DNA from: Octopus vulgaris
Lineage: Eukaryota
Direction of reading: 5' to 3'
Assembly (NCBI GenBank): GCA_951406725.2
Contig: OX597816.1
Location: forward strand, 19,654,001 to 19,718,000
DNA: 64,000 nucleotides
Shown: one piece after another, positions 41,487 through 54,746 of the stretch
How the letters are laid out: the number at the start of each line of letters is the position of its first letter
Position numbering within the stretch: position 1 is the stretch's first letter
Program-made: the position numbers and the translations under genes
The notes under the pieces: model-generated
Seen by the model: the letters and a program-made list of their open reading frames with translations, nothing else
Databases searched by the model: none
What the model was told of the DNA's origin: nothing

Positions 41487-43020
41487 TTTCAATGTTATCA
41501 TGCGATTAGTTCAAAGTGTTGTAATTCAAACGTAATAAACACATACACACACGCGTCCGTCCGCACGCAGGCATATGTATACATATTTCTTAGGAATGAA
41601 GACAGATTTGTATTTGAAATGTGTGACTGTTGAATTCGAGGTCGGATCGATGATTAAGAAATCTCGCTACACTTGAGAGGTTTTCTAAAACAAAGGGCAG
41701 CAGCTTTACACTTGCTTTTCCAATGAATTTTACATAGTGTAGAAAGTAGTAATATAATTTCATGTTGGTAAATTGTAACGTATTGAATATATGGATTATG
41801 TTTTGGGTCGAAATTAGAATCTAGACTCATTATGAATGTTGTTAACCTGCCTATTTCCACATAACGTGTCCATATTTATCATTTGTTTTTGGATAATTCT
41901 GTTTCTATTCATAAATGTTTCAATATGCCATATCAATTCTCATATCACGAAGTGACAGTATAAACCCCAAAATGTCATTACAACACACCTGCTAACGAAC
42001 GAAAGATTGTGTTGGATCACAACCGGTATTCCGTTTCACTATGTCCCGTTATTCGTCATTCTCAATTTATTTACGTCAGCTTTTTCATATGTGGCATGTA
42101 AATTAGCAATTTAACGCAACTCATTTGCTATTATAACGGTGGTAAAAAAATTAGTTGGTAAAAATAATTAAACATAAACAGACGTGCTTTACCGTAATAT
42201 ATTTCATATGTTATTTGGAAATCTCATATAATAACTAAGGAAAACTTATTATTATATGTTCGAGTGGGTTTAAAAAAGATATAATTGCTTTTGCTTAAAA
42301 GTCACCTTATGCTGGTATCTGCAAGCAACGAAAATCTTGCTCAAAATGCAATTGTCGCTCACCTAAATACTAGTGTGCTAAATGTCCTTTATGCCATACC
42401 AAAGTAATTTATACCTTTTAAACGGCGATAAATACTTTGATAAATGCTGTCGATGAAAATGGTAAAGTGTTGGGAAGTACATTTTATAGTGTTCTGGCTT
42501 TAGAGTGTGGAATTAATGACATATTAAGAGTTAGCAAATATCTTGAATAAACTTGACATTATATTTATTGTGTTCTCCCTAGGGATTTATGATATCGTCG
42601 AACAATATTAACTTACAATTTCATAGGCTCTGAACTACTTGTAACAAACAATAATATCTATTTCTCAAAATTTACAGATTTTAGGAAATACAATAGCATT
42701 AGTTTACTGTTGTATTCTATTTCCATAACTTAGCAGGAAAGTATTGACAGATTATGTTGAAACAAGTTTAGGAAACTAAGGCCTCCTCTTGACAACCTGG
42801 TCTATTTATTCGTAGAATCTCGAGTTAAAATACCGATTTGCAATGCTCATTTGAAATCAATTCAGGTGTTAGTAGGTAAAACAGAAGCTCAAGCGACTAT
42901 GTTGAAAATGGATACTGTAAGCATAACCTTTGTTATTATTAAAATTTGTATATTTATATTTCGTTTTGGGATTTAGTTTGCAAGATTCTTTATATGAGTT
43001 CATGTGTTGAAGCATATTCT

Positions 43021-43288
43021 GTTGTGTCTGGGGAGAGTCATTCTCTTTTAGTGCCTTATTATTTAACACACTCACCGGTAAAATTTCCACTTATTTCTTA
43101 TTTTTATTTTCCTAACATTTTCGTTGCGTCTTGCAACCCTTTCAATAGTCTTGACTATTGACTATTAAAAAGGTTGCAAGACGCAACGAAAATTTTAGAA
43201 AATATAAAAAAGAAATAAGTGGAAATTTTACCGGTGAGTGTGTTAAATAATAAGGCACTAAATGAGAATGACTCTCCCCAGACACAAC
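43021..43288. repeat. ~130-bp-arm palindrome (fold-back element)
   Basis: GTTGTGTCTGGGGAGAGTCATTCTC...GAGAATGACTCTCCCCAGACACAAC; centre CAATAGTC TT GACTATTG with a duplicated GACTATT. Confidence 0.9.
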
Positions 43289-43328
43289 TGTATATTTACA
43301 GTTATGCATGTGTGCCGTAACACTATAT

Positions 43329-43558
43329 ATTTCTTTACTACCCACAAGGGGCTAAACACAGAGATGACAAACAAGGACAGACAAACAGATTAAGTCGAGT
43401 ATATCGACCCAAGTGCGTAACTGGTTCTTAATTTATCGACCCCGAAAAGATCAAAGGCAAAGTCGACCTCGGCGGAATTTGAACTCGGAATGTAACGATA
43501 GACGAAATACGGCTACGAATTTCGCCCGGCGTGCTAACGTTTCTGCCATCTCGCCGCC
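43329..43558 (-). mobile_element. SINE family A
   Basis: Full copy. Confidence 0.9.
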
Positions 43559-46500
43559 AGTCAAGCCGTAAGATTATAAAGGGTATAGTATTTAACTATG
43601 TGACTGTACATTATGCTGAAATCGTCCTGCGCGTTGCATTTTGTTGTCATTTGCTAACATCAATATGTGTATTACAAGTAACTTAAATACAGATAAGGAT
43701 ATCCATCGCCTTTATTCGTCTATGATTGCGTAATATGTTCATTTTATTGTTGTACTTGTTATGGTATCTGATGTAATCGCATGGCTGTCCGTATAATTAA
43801 CACTGTACACATATGTATCGTCATTTTGATTTTCATGAAATTAACGATTTTGATCAATTAATTATTTTCTGGAAATCAGATGATCATTTCATTGAATGCG
43901 AGATTATCATCATTTCCTATAGACATTGATAACAAAAGAGATCTGTGGTGTAATATATTCGAGATTCCTTGATAAAGAAACGCACAACAATGAAAGGGAA
44001 ATACAAAAAGTATTCATTATGACTCAAATGGAATTTTATTATTCTTTATCTATGAATCTTTCAAAAAGCGTAGAAAGTATTGAACGAAATAAAAGACAAA
44101 TTACATTAAAAACATGCCATTACAAATGTTAAAAAATAAATAACCAAATAAATATTCATCACATGGAGTTAAGTTGTTATTCATGCATATATCAAAGGCG
44201 AACGGGTGCATTTTGAAAGGAAATCAGACGGAATATTCCTTTATTCCTTTAAAAACATAAAGCAATTATCATCATGTTTTTTATGTTTATTAGTAAAACA
44301 AATATATTGTTGTAAGCATGTCGCCGTAGGGCGTTTTTCCTTATCTAGTATAACTAAGAAATTATATTGATTGTACATCATCAGTCATTTTTATGTGTTT
44401 GATATTTTAGCTTCCGTTTAGTATTACTATAAGATTTTGTTTCCTGTTTTATAACGTAATTTCTTACTCTGAATGTAACGATACACTTCGAATAAAAAAC
44501 GACGCCATTTTACAGTTACACACAAGACTTCTAGTTTGTATAATTACTTTGGTTTAACATCACGCCTAAAGGCCTTTAAAATGTGCAATGGAATCCGCAG
44601 AAGCTCTTGTAAGATAATCACCGTAATTCGTTGCTCTTCAGTTACGAACCACCTTTAATTAGCCAACTGAAATAAAAATAAAGCCGCCTCCAACAAGATA
44701 TTGATACTCCGAATTAGGATGTAGTTAAACAGATAAAGATCAAACAGCTAAAAGAAATAGTAACATATAAATAGTATTAATTATCGCATAAACAGTAATA
44801 TAAAATACAATAAAAACTGATGTAAATATAGCGACATGGATATTAATTGAAAGCAAATCAGATCAAATTATTTGTTTCCTTGAAAATTCAGAACTATCAG
44901 GGATGTAATATTTCTGCATGATAGAAATGAACTAAAAAAAATCGTGTGTAAAATGTAATGTAAAGAAATTAGAGAAGAAATATGTCTTGAAAGATAGTTG
45001 AAATTTAGATATGCATTTGTCATGAAAGACCAAATATTTTAACGTAAAACTCAAGATATTTTCAAAAGAAAATATATTTACTCATTCTGAAATCGTGATT
45101 TATTCTTCAGTTATCGACACTAACAAAAGATAAAAGACTCTTTACTACTTATGGTATAGTAAATTTAATTATTTTAATACAGGCGAATCAATAAGCGTAT
45201 GATTTGTACTGTTTTTGTGTTATTATTTCGACATATATCCAATATATTTTCGAAATTATGAACATACGCTAATTGCTAACTGGAATAGGAAACGTATTTC
45301 TTCTATCCCAGTAGAAAAAAATCTGGAAATATTAACTTACTTCGCCATTTATTGAAGTGGTGAATGTAGCAAAGTGGTGAATGTCATCGAGATTTGAAGG
45401 AGATTGCGCATTTAAAAAGGATGAAGTCCGATCAAGAGAAGACAATTAACTGCACAACCAATGATTACGAATATCAAAAATTGTACAAAACAACACTGAA
45501 GTGTGTTGCTAAGAATTAAGTTGGCGATATTTAATATATCATTTAACTGAACTCAGAAATACTGTTGGTATGTCTCATTGGGTAATTATTAACTATTTGC
45601 CATGCATGACTAATATCAACAAACATATATTAATACTCCAATATGGCCTCTTTCTCACTTTCACCCGTTTCCTCTAACTTTTTCATTGTGATTTTATATA
45701 TTTAACGAAAATATAAAACAATGGTATTTACAAAGTATTCACAAAACATTCTCAACATTTATTCCTTTGTATAACTTAGGCATTGGCATTTACTTTCGAA
45801 ACTACTTTTGCAGTATAATTATGGATTTCACCAATATATGGCATCTGTAGTCGTGTTGTACTTAAATTTCGTTATCTATTGTTTGATATATGCAGTGAAC
45901 TATGATTGAGTCCTCTCTAAAAGACCTGATTTAATAATATCCACTAAGTTCAATATGTTGCAATAGTAGAGGCTCGTATACTGGAATGCACATTTGTTGG
46001 CCGATTCTTTCTCATTCCATTCTGAAGTGAGAGATTAAATACTCATTTCATTTCCGTCACATTATCGGATGTGATTCTCTGAAGTAATATAAAATAATAC
46101 ATGCATTTATCACGTTTTTTGTATGAGCAATATGGAAGTTCTTACCTGCAATATCAGATAAAACTGAAATACCCGATGCAGATAAAATGCTATTAGATAA
46201 CTCGCTACTTGTATAAAATTAATGCATTACAAATTTGCTGAAAGGTTGAAATATTAAATTCTAAAATATTAAATTATTGATTACCATAGAAATACATTTC
46301 TCGCTTTTTGATAGTGGTGTTAGTATCTTAGATCACTTCGTCTCTGAGAAGGCTAAATCTCTGGTGATTTTTTTATTAAATCGAAATTAATCATTTATTG
46401 GGAGATTTTATCTGTTTTAAACGGCATCTATTGCCTATTACAGTATAACGTAAACAGAGTTATTGTTAGATGTAGCTAGTAATTTAGTCCTAACATTTAT

Positions 46501-46942
46501 TATTTTAAACAGTTTTGTTTCATCAACAGTAGCTGAAATTATTGATTTTAGAAAGAATGGTGTAAATATTTTTAAAATAAAAATAAAAATAAAAGTATGA
46601 AAATAATATCACGTTCAATAAATTTAATATCCTATGTATGTCTTTAAGTTGGTTTGTTAGGTTTTCTTGTTTTCTTTTTTTGTCGGCCTAGATCGCACTT
46701 TATTGAACAATTGGAAGTTTTTATCATTCGCTTCAATCTTACCAAGAAAAAAATAAAGCATTAAATCTTATCTGATATTTATAAAAGTTCTTCGAGAAAT
46801 CTCATATAGTTCAGTTTCAAAGTTTGTTCAAACCATCTTGCATGTTTAATTGCAATACAGTTTCCTATTTAAATTTTATGGCTGACAAAATACATGGGAA
46901 TTAAAATGAAATTATGTGTTATCGGACAACTGGCCAGAGTAG

Positions 46943-47592
46943 ATATGTCTGTCTACGTTACTAGGCTTTGAATATTTGATTTTGTTTTTGCTTTCTTGAT
47001 AAGTAAAAAAAAAAAAAACAACGTAGAAATTTGTGCAATAAATACCCGTAACTGGTGTTTCAATGCCGATTATCTTGTGACGTCTAGCTTTCATACTTGG
47101 TGTTTCGAAAAAAAAAAAAGAAAAAGGCAATTTATTGTGTATTTCAAGCAATGAAATATTTGTCGGAAACTTAGAAATATAAACTTTAAGGATATTCAGC
47201 AGAACTCTTCTACACATACCAAAGTGTTGTATAATATAAAGCACAATTGCTGTAACATATCATAGAAAAATATATGTCTATCTATATTACTATACTTCGA
47301 GTATTCGGATTTTGTTTTTGCTCTCTTGATAAGAATAAAAAACGTAGAAATCTGTGCAATAAATACCCGTAACTGGTGTGTCAATGTCGATTACCTTGTG
47401 ACGTCTGGCTTTCATACTTAGCATTTCCAAAAAACAAAAAAGCCAAATTATTGTGTATTTCAAGCAAAGATATATTTGTCAGAAACTTAGAAATATAACC
47501 TTTTAGGATATTCAGCAGAACTCTTCTACACATATCAAAGTGTTGTATAATATAAAACACAATTGCTGTAACAGATCAAAGAAAAAATATAT
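46943..47592 (+). repeat. Diverged ~325-bp tandem duplication
   Basis: TGTGCAATAAATACCCGTAACTGGTGT...GGATATTCAGCAGAACTCTTCTACACAT occurs twice. Confidence 0.9.
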
Positions 47593-47960
47593 GAACAAAA
47601 ATTGTACGATTAAAGTTCCATGTAGTGCACAAATAAACGTTTAAATCTCGTCTTATGCACGTTAATCTCACTAAAACGATCACGATTAGGAACGGGAGAT
47701 TTTCTGTGGGCGTGATTACACTCAGGAAAACTCGTTTTAAACTACTTAACGTTCTGTAGACAGACAAATCTTCGTTTCCGTTGAGGCTATCAAAAATTAA
47801 TGAGAATGATTCCACATTTTCCACAACATGTAGTGATAAAATGCCGCGTTGAACCAATTTTCAGCGGAGATACGTGTTTACGATTAAAAGTATACTACAT
47901 TTCAAAATATTACCAATGGCGTATCAATTTTCGCAACGTGGATATTGTCGTGCATAATAT

Positions 47961-48190
47961 ATTTCTTTACTACCCACAAGGGGCTAAGCATAGAAGGGAC
48001 AAACAAGGACAGACAAAGGGATTAAGTCGATTAAATCGACCCCAGTGCGAAACTGGTACTTTATTTATCGACCCCGAAAGGATCAAAGGCAAAGTCGACC
48101 TCGGCGGAATTTGAACTCAGAACGTAATGGCAGACGAAATACGGCTACGCATTTCGCCCGTCGTGCTAATGTTTCTGCCAGCTCGCCACC
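47961..48190 (-). mobile_element. SINE family A
   Basis: Full copy. Confidence 0.9.
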
Positions 48191-48714
48191 TTCTCATAAG
48201 TCGTGCATAATAAAGGAATTAGTTTAATTTGGTTAATTATGACCGTGAATCTATAAACATTGTAGATGACAAATACATCTATGAATATCTCCGGCCATCT
48301 TTTTATCTAATGAAACCTAGAAAATTATACGAATGATCGAATATTTTCTTTTCATGAATCAGAAAATTAACATGTGTTATTAGACATTTTCTAATCAGCC
48401 AACAAAACACGATTCTTTGATCAGGAACTGAAGCACTGCTGTATTAGAAATATAAATACTTATTAAATGCGTATAGAAGATAAACAGGTCAGGCTAGTAA
48501 TATCATATATTTTAGCACCAAAACGACTCAATAATCACTCTGATCATTGCTTTTAATCCAGGAATTATTATCGTCTAAATGCAAAAATTTTAGTAAGATC
48601 TGTATTTCATCTCCATCTACATTCGTACATATTCAAGCATATTCAAGTATGCCGATATCTGAAAATTGCAAGGTAGGATATAAAGCAAATGCAGAATGTT
48701 GAATTAATGACAAT

Positions 48715-49050
48715 TACTCTTTTACTTGTTTCAGTCATTTGACTGTGGCCATGCTGGAGCACCGCCTTTTGTCGAGCAAATCGATCCATCACTTATTATA
48801 AGCTTATTACTTATGCTATCGGTCTCTTTTGCCGAACCATTAAGTTACGCGGACGTATACACACCAGCATAGGTTGTCAAGCGATTTGGGGGGACAAACA
48901 CAGACACACAAACATATATATATACACACACACACACACACACGCATATATACACACATATATACGACGGGATTCTTTCAGTTTCCGTCTACCAAATCCA
49001 CTCACAAGACTTTGGTCGACCCGAGGCTTCAGTAGAACACACTTGCCCAA
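48715..49050 (-). mobile_element. SINE family B lacking head
   Basis: Tail and body match 8051. Confidence 0.85.
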
Positions 49051-49629
49051 GTTTTTTAAAAAATAATACAAATCAAACAGTTGTTGATACGATTAAATCG
49101 GCAATATAGTCAAATTACTCATTGTTAGTATATTTTTGGCTGAACCGTTGCTTGTTATTTAACCTCTATACACTATGTATCTTATTGGTAGACTAGAATC
49201 TAATTACGGCTTCCTACTTTTAATAACCGTTTAGATGAACACTGTCATCAGATAAACAGCCCTTTTGCGCACACTGACTTTGAATCCACCTAACTCTACA
49301 TATATTCATATATATCACTACTGTCAGGCCAAATTGTTAATCATGAATTTGTTTGGCATCCTTTCTTTCTCGGGAGACAATGGAGTTGCGCTTTTTTTTT
49401 TTTTGCTTTTTTTTCTAGGTCTAGTCCGGCTGTTATATTTTATTTCCTGTTACATTTCTTGCTGTGGATGTGTAGTCCTATCCTGGACAAACACTCCCTC
49501 TGGCAGGTACTGCAAATGTAGCGAAGACTGTTCCTGGCTGGTTGTAGTGCCATGGTCTCTTGTTTATGTCTCTTCCTTTCTTTCCATTTCTCCTCTCTCT
49601 TTCTGTCACTCCTCTGTATACCCTCTTTT

Positions 49630-50260
49630 ACTGTACGTCGCCATTCTCCACGGTTGCCGGCGACTGCCTCCCAACCGCTAATGGGCTCAGCTGGCTCCGG
49701 CTGACAGTACCCGGTATGGGCCCCTATCCAGGGTTACGGAAAGGAGACAACCTTCAATGAAATCCGGAGTGGAGCCCCGAAGGCGGTCTAGTGTTCGATT
49801 CGACACTCTTCCGGCAGCTCCTGCAACCAAGCTGGTGCCAAACGTAATGCACTGCACTCCACTGGACTACATCAGCAAGGTCGAGAGAGGAAACCTGACG
49901 ATTGGGCTACCCAGGACTTTCTTATCTATAGCCCAGGCCTGCGCAAAACTGGAGAGGACACTTCAGTGCTGCTGTAAAAAGCTGCAGAAACAACACGGGA
50001 GGTAACAGTTACGAGTGATAAGTCCATTCAGATTGGCGTAAAATATAGACGCTACGGGTTACCTCTGCCGGTGGGAGGGACTTCCGTGTCCTATTGGTTA
50101 GCTACTGCCCACCTCAAGCTGGGCAGCCCCCAGTTAATAAGGTGCTGACCCGCCACAAGCCGCCTGTTCCATTGGGTGCTTGGAGCTAAGAGTACGACTC
50201 GAAAAGCGGCCTGCAACCTCTGCACCAGGCAAGCAACTAAAATTCAAGAAAAATTCTCCC
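49630..50260 (+). mobile_element. RTE-clade LINE 5' UTR, truncated at the ORF start
   Basis: GC-rich block with AAATCCGGAGTGGAGCCCC, GCTGGTGCCAAAC, GTCGAGAGAGG, AAGCTGGGCAGCCCCCAG and TGCACCAGGCAA, recalled as RTE 5' UTR motifs. No RT follows. Confidence 0.55.
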
Positions 50261-50844
50261 TAAATTCCGGCTGACCTGTTCGCTGTGCGCCCGCCCAAAC
50301 CCACCCCCACCACCAATACCGGATATCTCTCTATTCTCTCCCCTTCCCACTTTCCTCCTAGTGATATTGCTGCTTCTACTACAATCATGAATTATTACAA
50401 ACAATAAAACGATAAAACGATGAATATAATGATCATACATTTCTGATAAGATCAAAATAATTACCTGAGGAATTGCATACATGAATTCCACAATAGGCCA
50501 TTATTGGACTCTGCACACGTAAGAAACGGATAATTTCTAATATGAAACATTCATATAGATATGCCTTTGGCCCTTTTTCATCCGATGTGATCACTAAGTG
50601 TATATATTATTAAAATACCATGATACAATTATATGATGTTATGTGTAGCATTATGTGATTACAACTCTAAGAATAAGTGAAGCAGCCCATAAGCATATAT
50701 TCGCATGTATATGAAAGTATGTAAACAGGCGTATACGCATGGCTATGTATGTGTTCTATGTTTATTAGATGCATACATACACAAGTACACAAACGCGTGC
50801 GCACAAACACACACATATACACACACATATATGTATATACCTAT

Positions 50845-51073
50845 ATCTTTACTACCCACAAGAAGCTAAACATAGACAGGACAAACAAGGACAGACAAAC
50901 GGATTAAGTCGATTACATCGACCCCAGTGGATAAGTGGTACTTAATTTATCGACTCCGAAAGGGTGAAAGGCAAAGTCGACCTCGGCGGAATTTGAACTC
51001 AGAACGTAACGGCAGACGAAATACAGCTTAGCATTTCGCCCGGCGTGCTAAAGTTTCTGCCAGCTCTCCGCCT
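50845..51073 (-). mobile_element. SINE family A
   Basis: Full copy. Confidence 0.9.
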
Positions 51074-52635
51074 TTTGTATACGGTATATATTTATATACC
51101 GTATACAGAAATCTACGTTATATACATTGACAGAAATTGTACACACACATACACGCACATGCGTATTAAGCCGTTCATTGTGAATTCATGCAATTTGTAT
51201 CTTCAATCAGGTTTCTGTTGACATGTGTGCATGATACACTATGCCTGATTCATTTCCTCGTCCTTACCTTACTGCAATTCCCCATGTGCACGAATATACG
51301 TAAATATCTATACGAAATGATTAGAGATTTTAAACTATTTACTGAAATATTATTTCCCATGCTTAGGTTGCTTCCGAACTGTTATTTGTCATGCCTTGAG
51401 TTTCAATTTTTCATTGTATTATTTTCTTTCACATGATTTTTTTTCGTTTGCGATATATGTGTCACGGTGTAATCTGTTTAACATAATAGAAATTTTTTTT
51501 GTAGTTGCGATTTATAGACGATATTCCACATTACAATTAGGTATTTATATTTTTTAATGTATTACTTTTTTTTTTTTATTTCAGCGCTGAGTAAATCATA
51601 AATCTAATCGTGATACATTTTCCTCTAGTGTTTAATGGATCGATTTTGCTACAACAAAATTATTTTTGCTTACAACCTCGTTATAATTGTTAAGAAATAT
51701 GTCAGTATGCTACTGCAAATTCATACCATAGATAGAACACTTTAAAAAAACTTCACTTATATAAGTGTATTAGTCTTCTCATAAATTTGGCAAATAACAA
51801 TGCTTTTCCTAAATAAAATGGTAGAATATGTCAATAGAAAAAAGGTAAATTCATTTTATGTGTTAACATAGAGACACTATATTAAAAATACATTTTTAAG
51901 GCAATTTATAAAAGGAGAGTAACAAAAAAATACTATGCAAAGCATCGTTGTATAAATATTCCCTGTGAGTTTACTTTCCAGGGATACACCAGTGATAAGA
52001 TATCAATCTGTCCGATTATGTTAATTTCTGATGTATTCATACGGAGCACGATTTCGCCATGATAAAACGAACCACAAAAAATGAACTCGGTATCGAAAAG
52101 CTTATTTATCTCACAATCAAATGCTTTAGATGTAAATTAGATGCTCACAATAACTGACTAATTTATGCTGGTATCTGTTAGGGTTTGATTCGACGATAGC
52201 AAACCTGACTTGCTGTCGGAACAATACGACATTTCGGAATTATTTCGACCGAATGGCTAATTTAAACGGAAAGGAAATAGTTACAAATATAATAGACGTA
52301 ACGTTTTTATGGTTTCATTATCTCTTAGGTTTCAATAAAAAAATATCAAATTGCAATCGTTTTCACTCTCAATCGGTCAACACTAAATTTATGTAATGAC
52401 AGTTACGCTGACACATACATCTTTGAAGAAAAATACATTGAAACATGAATGTTAGTCTTATGTACATGCATTCACACATACAGATACATACATACATGCA
52501 GAGACACACACACACACACACACATATCTATATATATAAATATTTGTACATATATATACATATATATATGTATATATATATGTGTGTGTTTGTAAATGAA
52601 CTTATACATACATACACACACACACATACATACAT

Positions 52636-52707
<72 letters not shown>

Positions 52708-52794
52708 ATACATTATTATTATGAATTTCAGGAAATCATTTTTAGAAAATTTAAAGCATCTTATATATATATCATCTTAAAGTATTTAAAGCAT

Positions 52795-52847
<53 letters not shown>

Positions 52848-52852
52848 GTATG

Positions 52853-52886
<34 letters not shown>

Positions 52887-52940
52887 TGTATGTATATATG
52901 TATGTATATATATATATATATATATACATATATACATATC

Positions 52941-53190
52941 TAATTATATCAACAGAACTAGGGCGAAAACGACCTGTATCCTGCATACTTGAAGTGCCGA
53001 TACCTTCAATAAATTACTAAATGATGCTGGTATCTGTAAGGGTTTTATTGGACGATAGTAAACCTGTGTTGTCGGAAGTAAAACGTCTCTTCGGAAGTAT
53101 TCCCACTGACTAATTTAAAGGGAATGGTCTGTAGCACTTCACCCATGCTGGAGACGGGTCGTTTTCGCCCTAGTTCCCTTGATATAATTA
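52941..53190. mobile_element. MITE with ~57-bp imperfect TIRs
   Basis: TAATTATATCAAnnGAACTAGGGCGAAAACGACC at the left end and its reverse complement at the right end. Confidence 0.85.
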
Positions 53191-53381
53191 TATACAAATG
53201 TACATTTTTATTAACTTAGTGTATTAATTGCCTATAAATTCTTATAGCATGCTGACTATTTGATTAAAATCATCAAGGTGATTTTAATCCTTATATCCTT
53301 TTATATCTACACACACACACGCACACACACACACATGTATCTATATATATATGTATGTATTTATATATATGCGCTCAGAGA

Positions 53382-53634
53382 GGTGTACCATTAACGTAGT
53401 TCTCGAGGAGATTCAGCGTGACAAGCCTGGCCTTTTGATGTACAGGTACAACATAAAAAAGAAGAAAGAATGAGAGAAAGTTGTGGTGAAAGAGTACAGC
53501 AGAGTTCGCCACCAACCCCTGCCGGAACCTAATGGAGCTTTAGGTGTTTTTTGTCAATAAACGCTCATATTGCCCGGTCTGGAAATCGAAACCGCGAGTA
53601 CGCTACCCTAACCACTGAGTCATTACGCCTCCAC
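53382..53634 (-). mobile_element. SINE head C with partial tail Y
   Basis: Homologous to the 33736 copy. Confidence 0.8.
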
Positions 53635-53642
53635 ATCCAAAT

Positions 53643-53831
<189 letters not shown>

Positions 53832-54592
53832 AAGTTACAACTCCGATATACACTTTTAAGCTGGATTATTTTCGCTTAAATCGGTATTCTGAAAGCTATA
53901 TCAAGAGATTTAAATAGACTGACAAAATACAGACAGACAGACAGATTGGGAGATAGATAGGGAAAGGGGGAGAGAGAGAGATTAACTAAACATTTTGTAA
54001 GTTACTCAGTTATTAAGATGAACTAGAGTATTCTGCTGCACGCTGTAGTTAATCAGTTTCACGAAGCGTGCAGTAAGAAAAAAATGAGAATTGATACCTG
54101 TCAACATGTACCTAGTAAACGCATTAAACATCAACATTGCTTAGCTAAGGAATTAGCTTTGTGTTAATATGTTATTAAGTATGAAATTTACACTTTCGCC
54201 GGTAATTTTCCTGTTTTTCGTGAACGGAAACATACGCATATACAACTATATATGTGTGTATATAAGACACATGTATACGTATACAGACAACACACAAATA
54301 CATATTTATATATATATATATGAAATTTCAATGCGGACTTGCGATTGAAATGAAACGATTGGACAGAGCTGCTTGCAAGCTGACGAGTTGGCACATTCGA
54401 CCGGTTACTGAAACTGCTTTGTGGACAACACATCTTGACCCTGGATACAAGGATATACACCCCCCCCAGAGGCATGCAGATTGAAATTGAGCGTGAGTAA
54501 GAGAGAGAGAGACAGAGATAGAGGAGCATTGTACAAACATAAAAACAACTCCGTGCTCTCACACATAGAGACAAAGTCAAAGACAAATAGAC

Positions 54593-54634
<42 letters not shown>

Positions 54635-54729
54635 TGCGGGAGAACGATAGAAAGGAAGAGAGAAAACTGGAGAAACTTTAAAAGAACTAGTGAGACATTT
54701 AAACGTTTGATGTCCAAAATATTCAGTAT

Positions 54730-54746
54730 CCAATCGTTGACGTCAA
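54730..54746. promoter_or_regulatory. CCAAT box next to a palindromic CRE (TTGACGTCAA), downstream of a (GA)n tract
   Basis: CCAAT at 54730-54734 and TGACGTCA at 54738-54745 in unique, CpG-enriched sequence. Motif only. Confidence 0.25.

Noticed and set aside
54378-54425. CTGACGA...GAAA hammerhead-like match
   Set aside because: No consistent stems and no UH site closing stem I.
54188-54733. 181-aa minus-strand ORF
   Set aside because: Largely built from (CT)n and (TA)/(TG) repeats.
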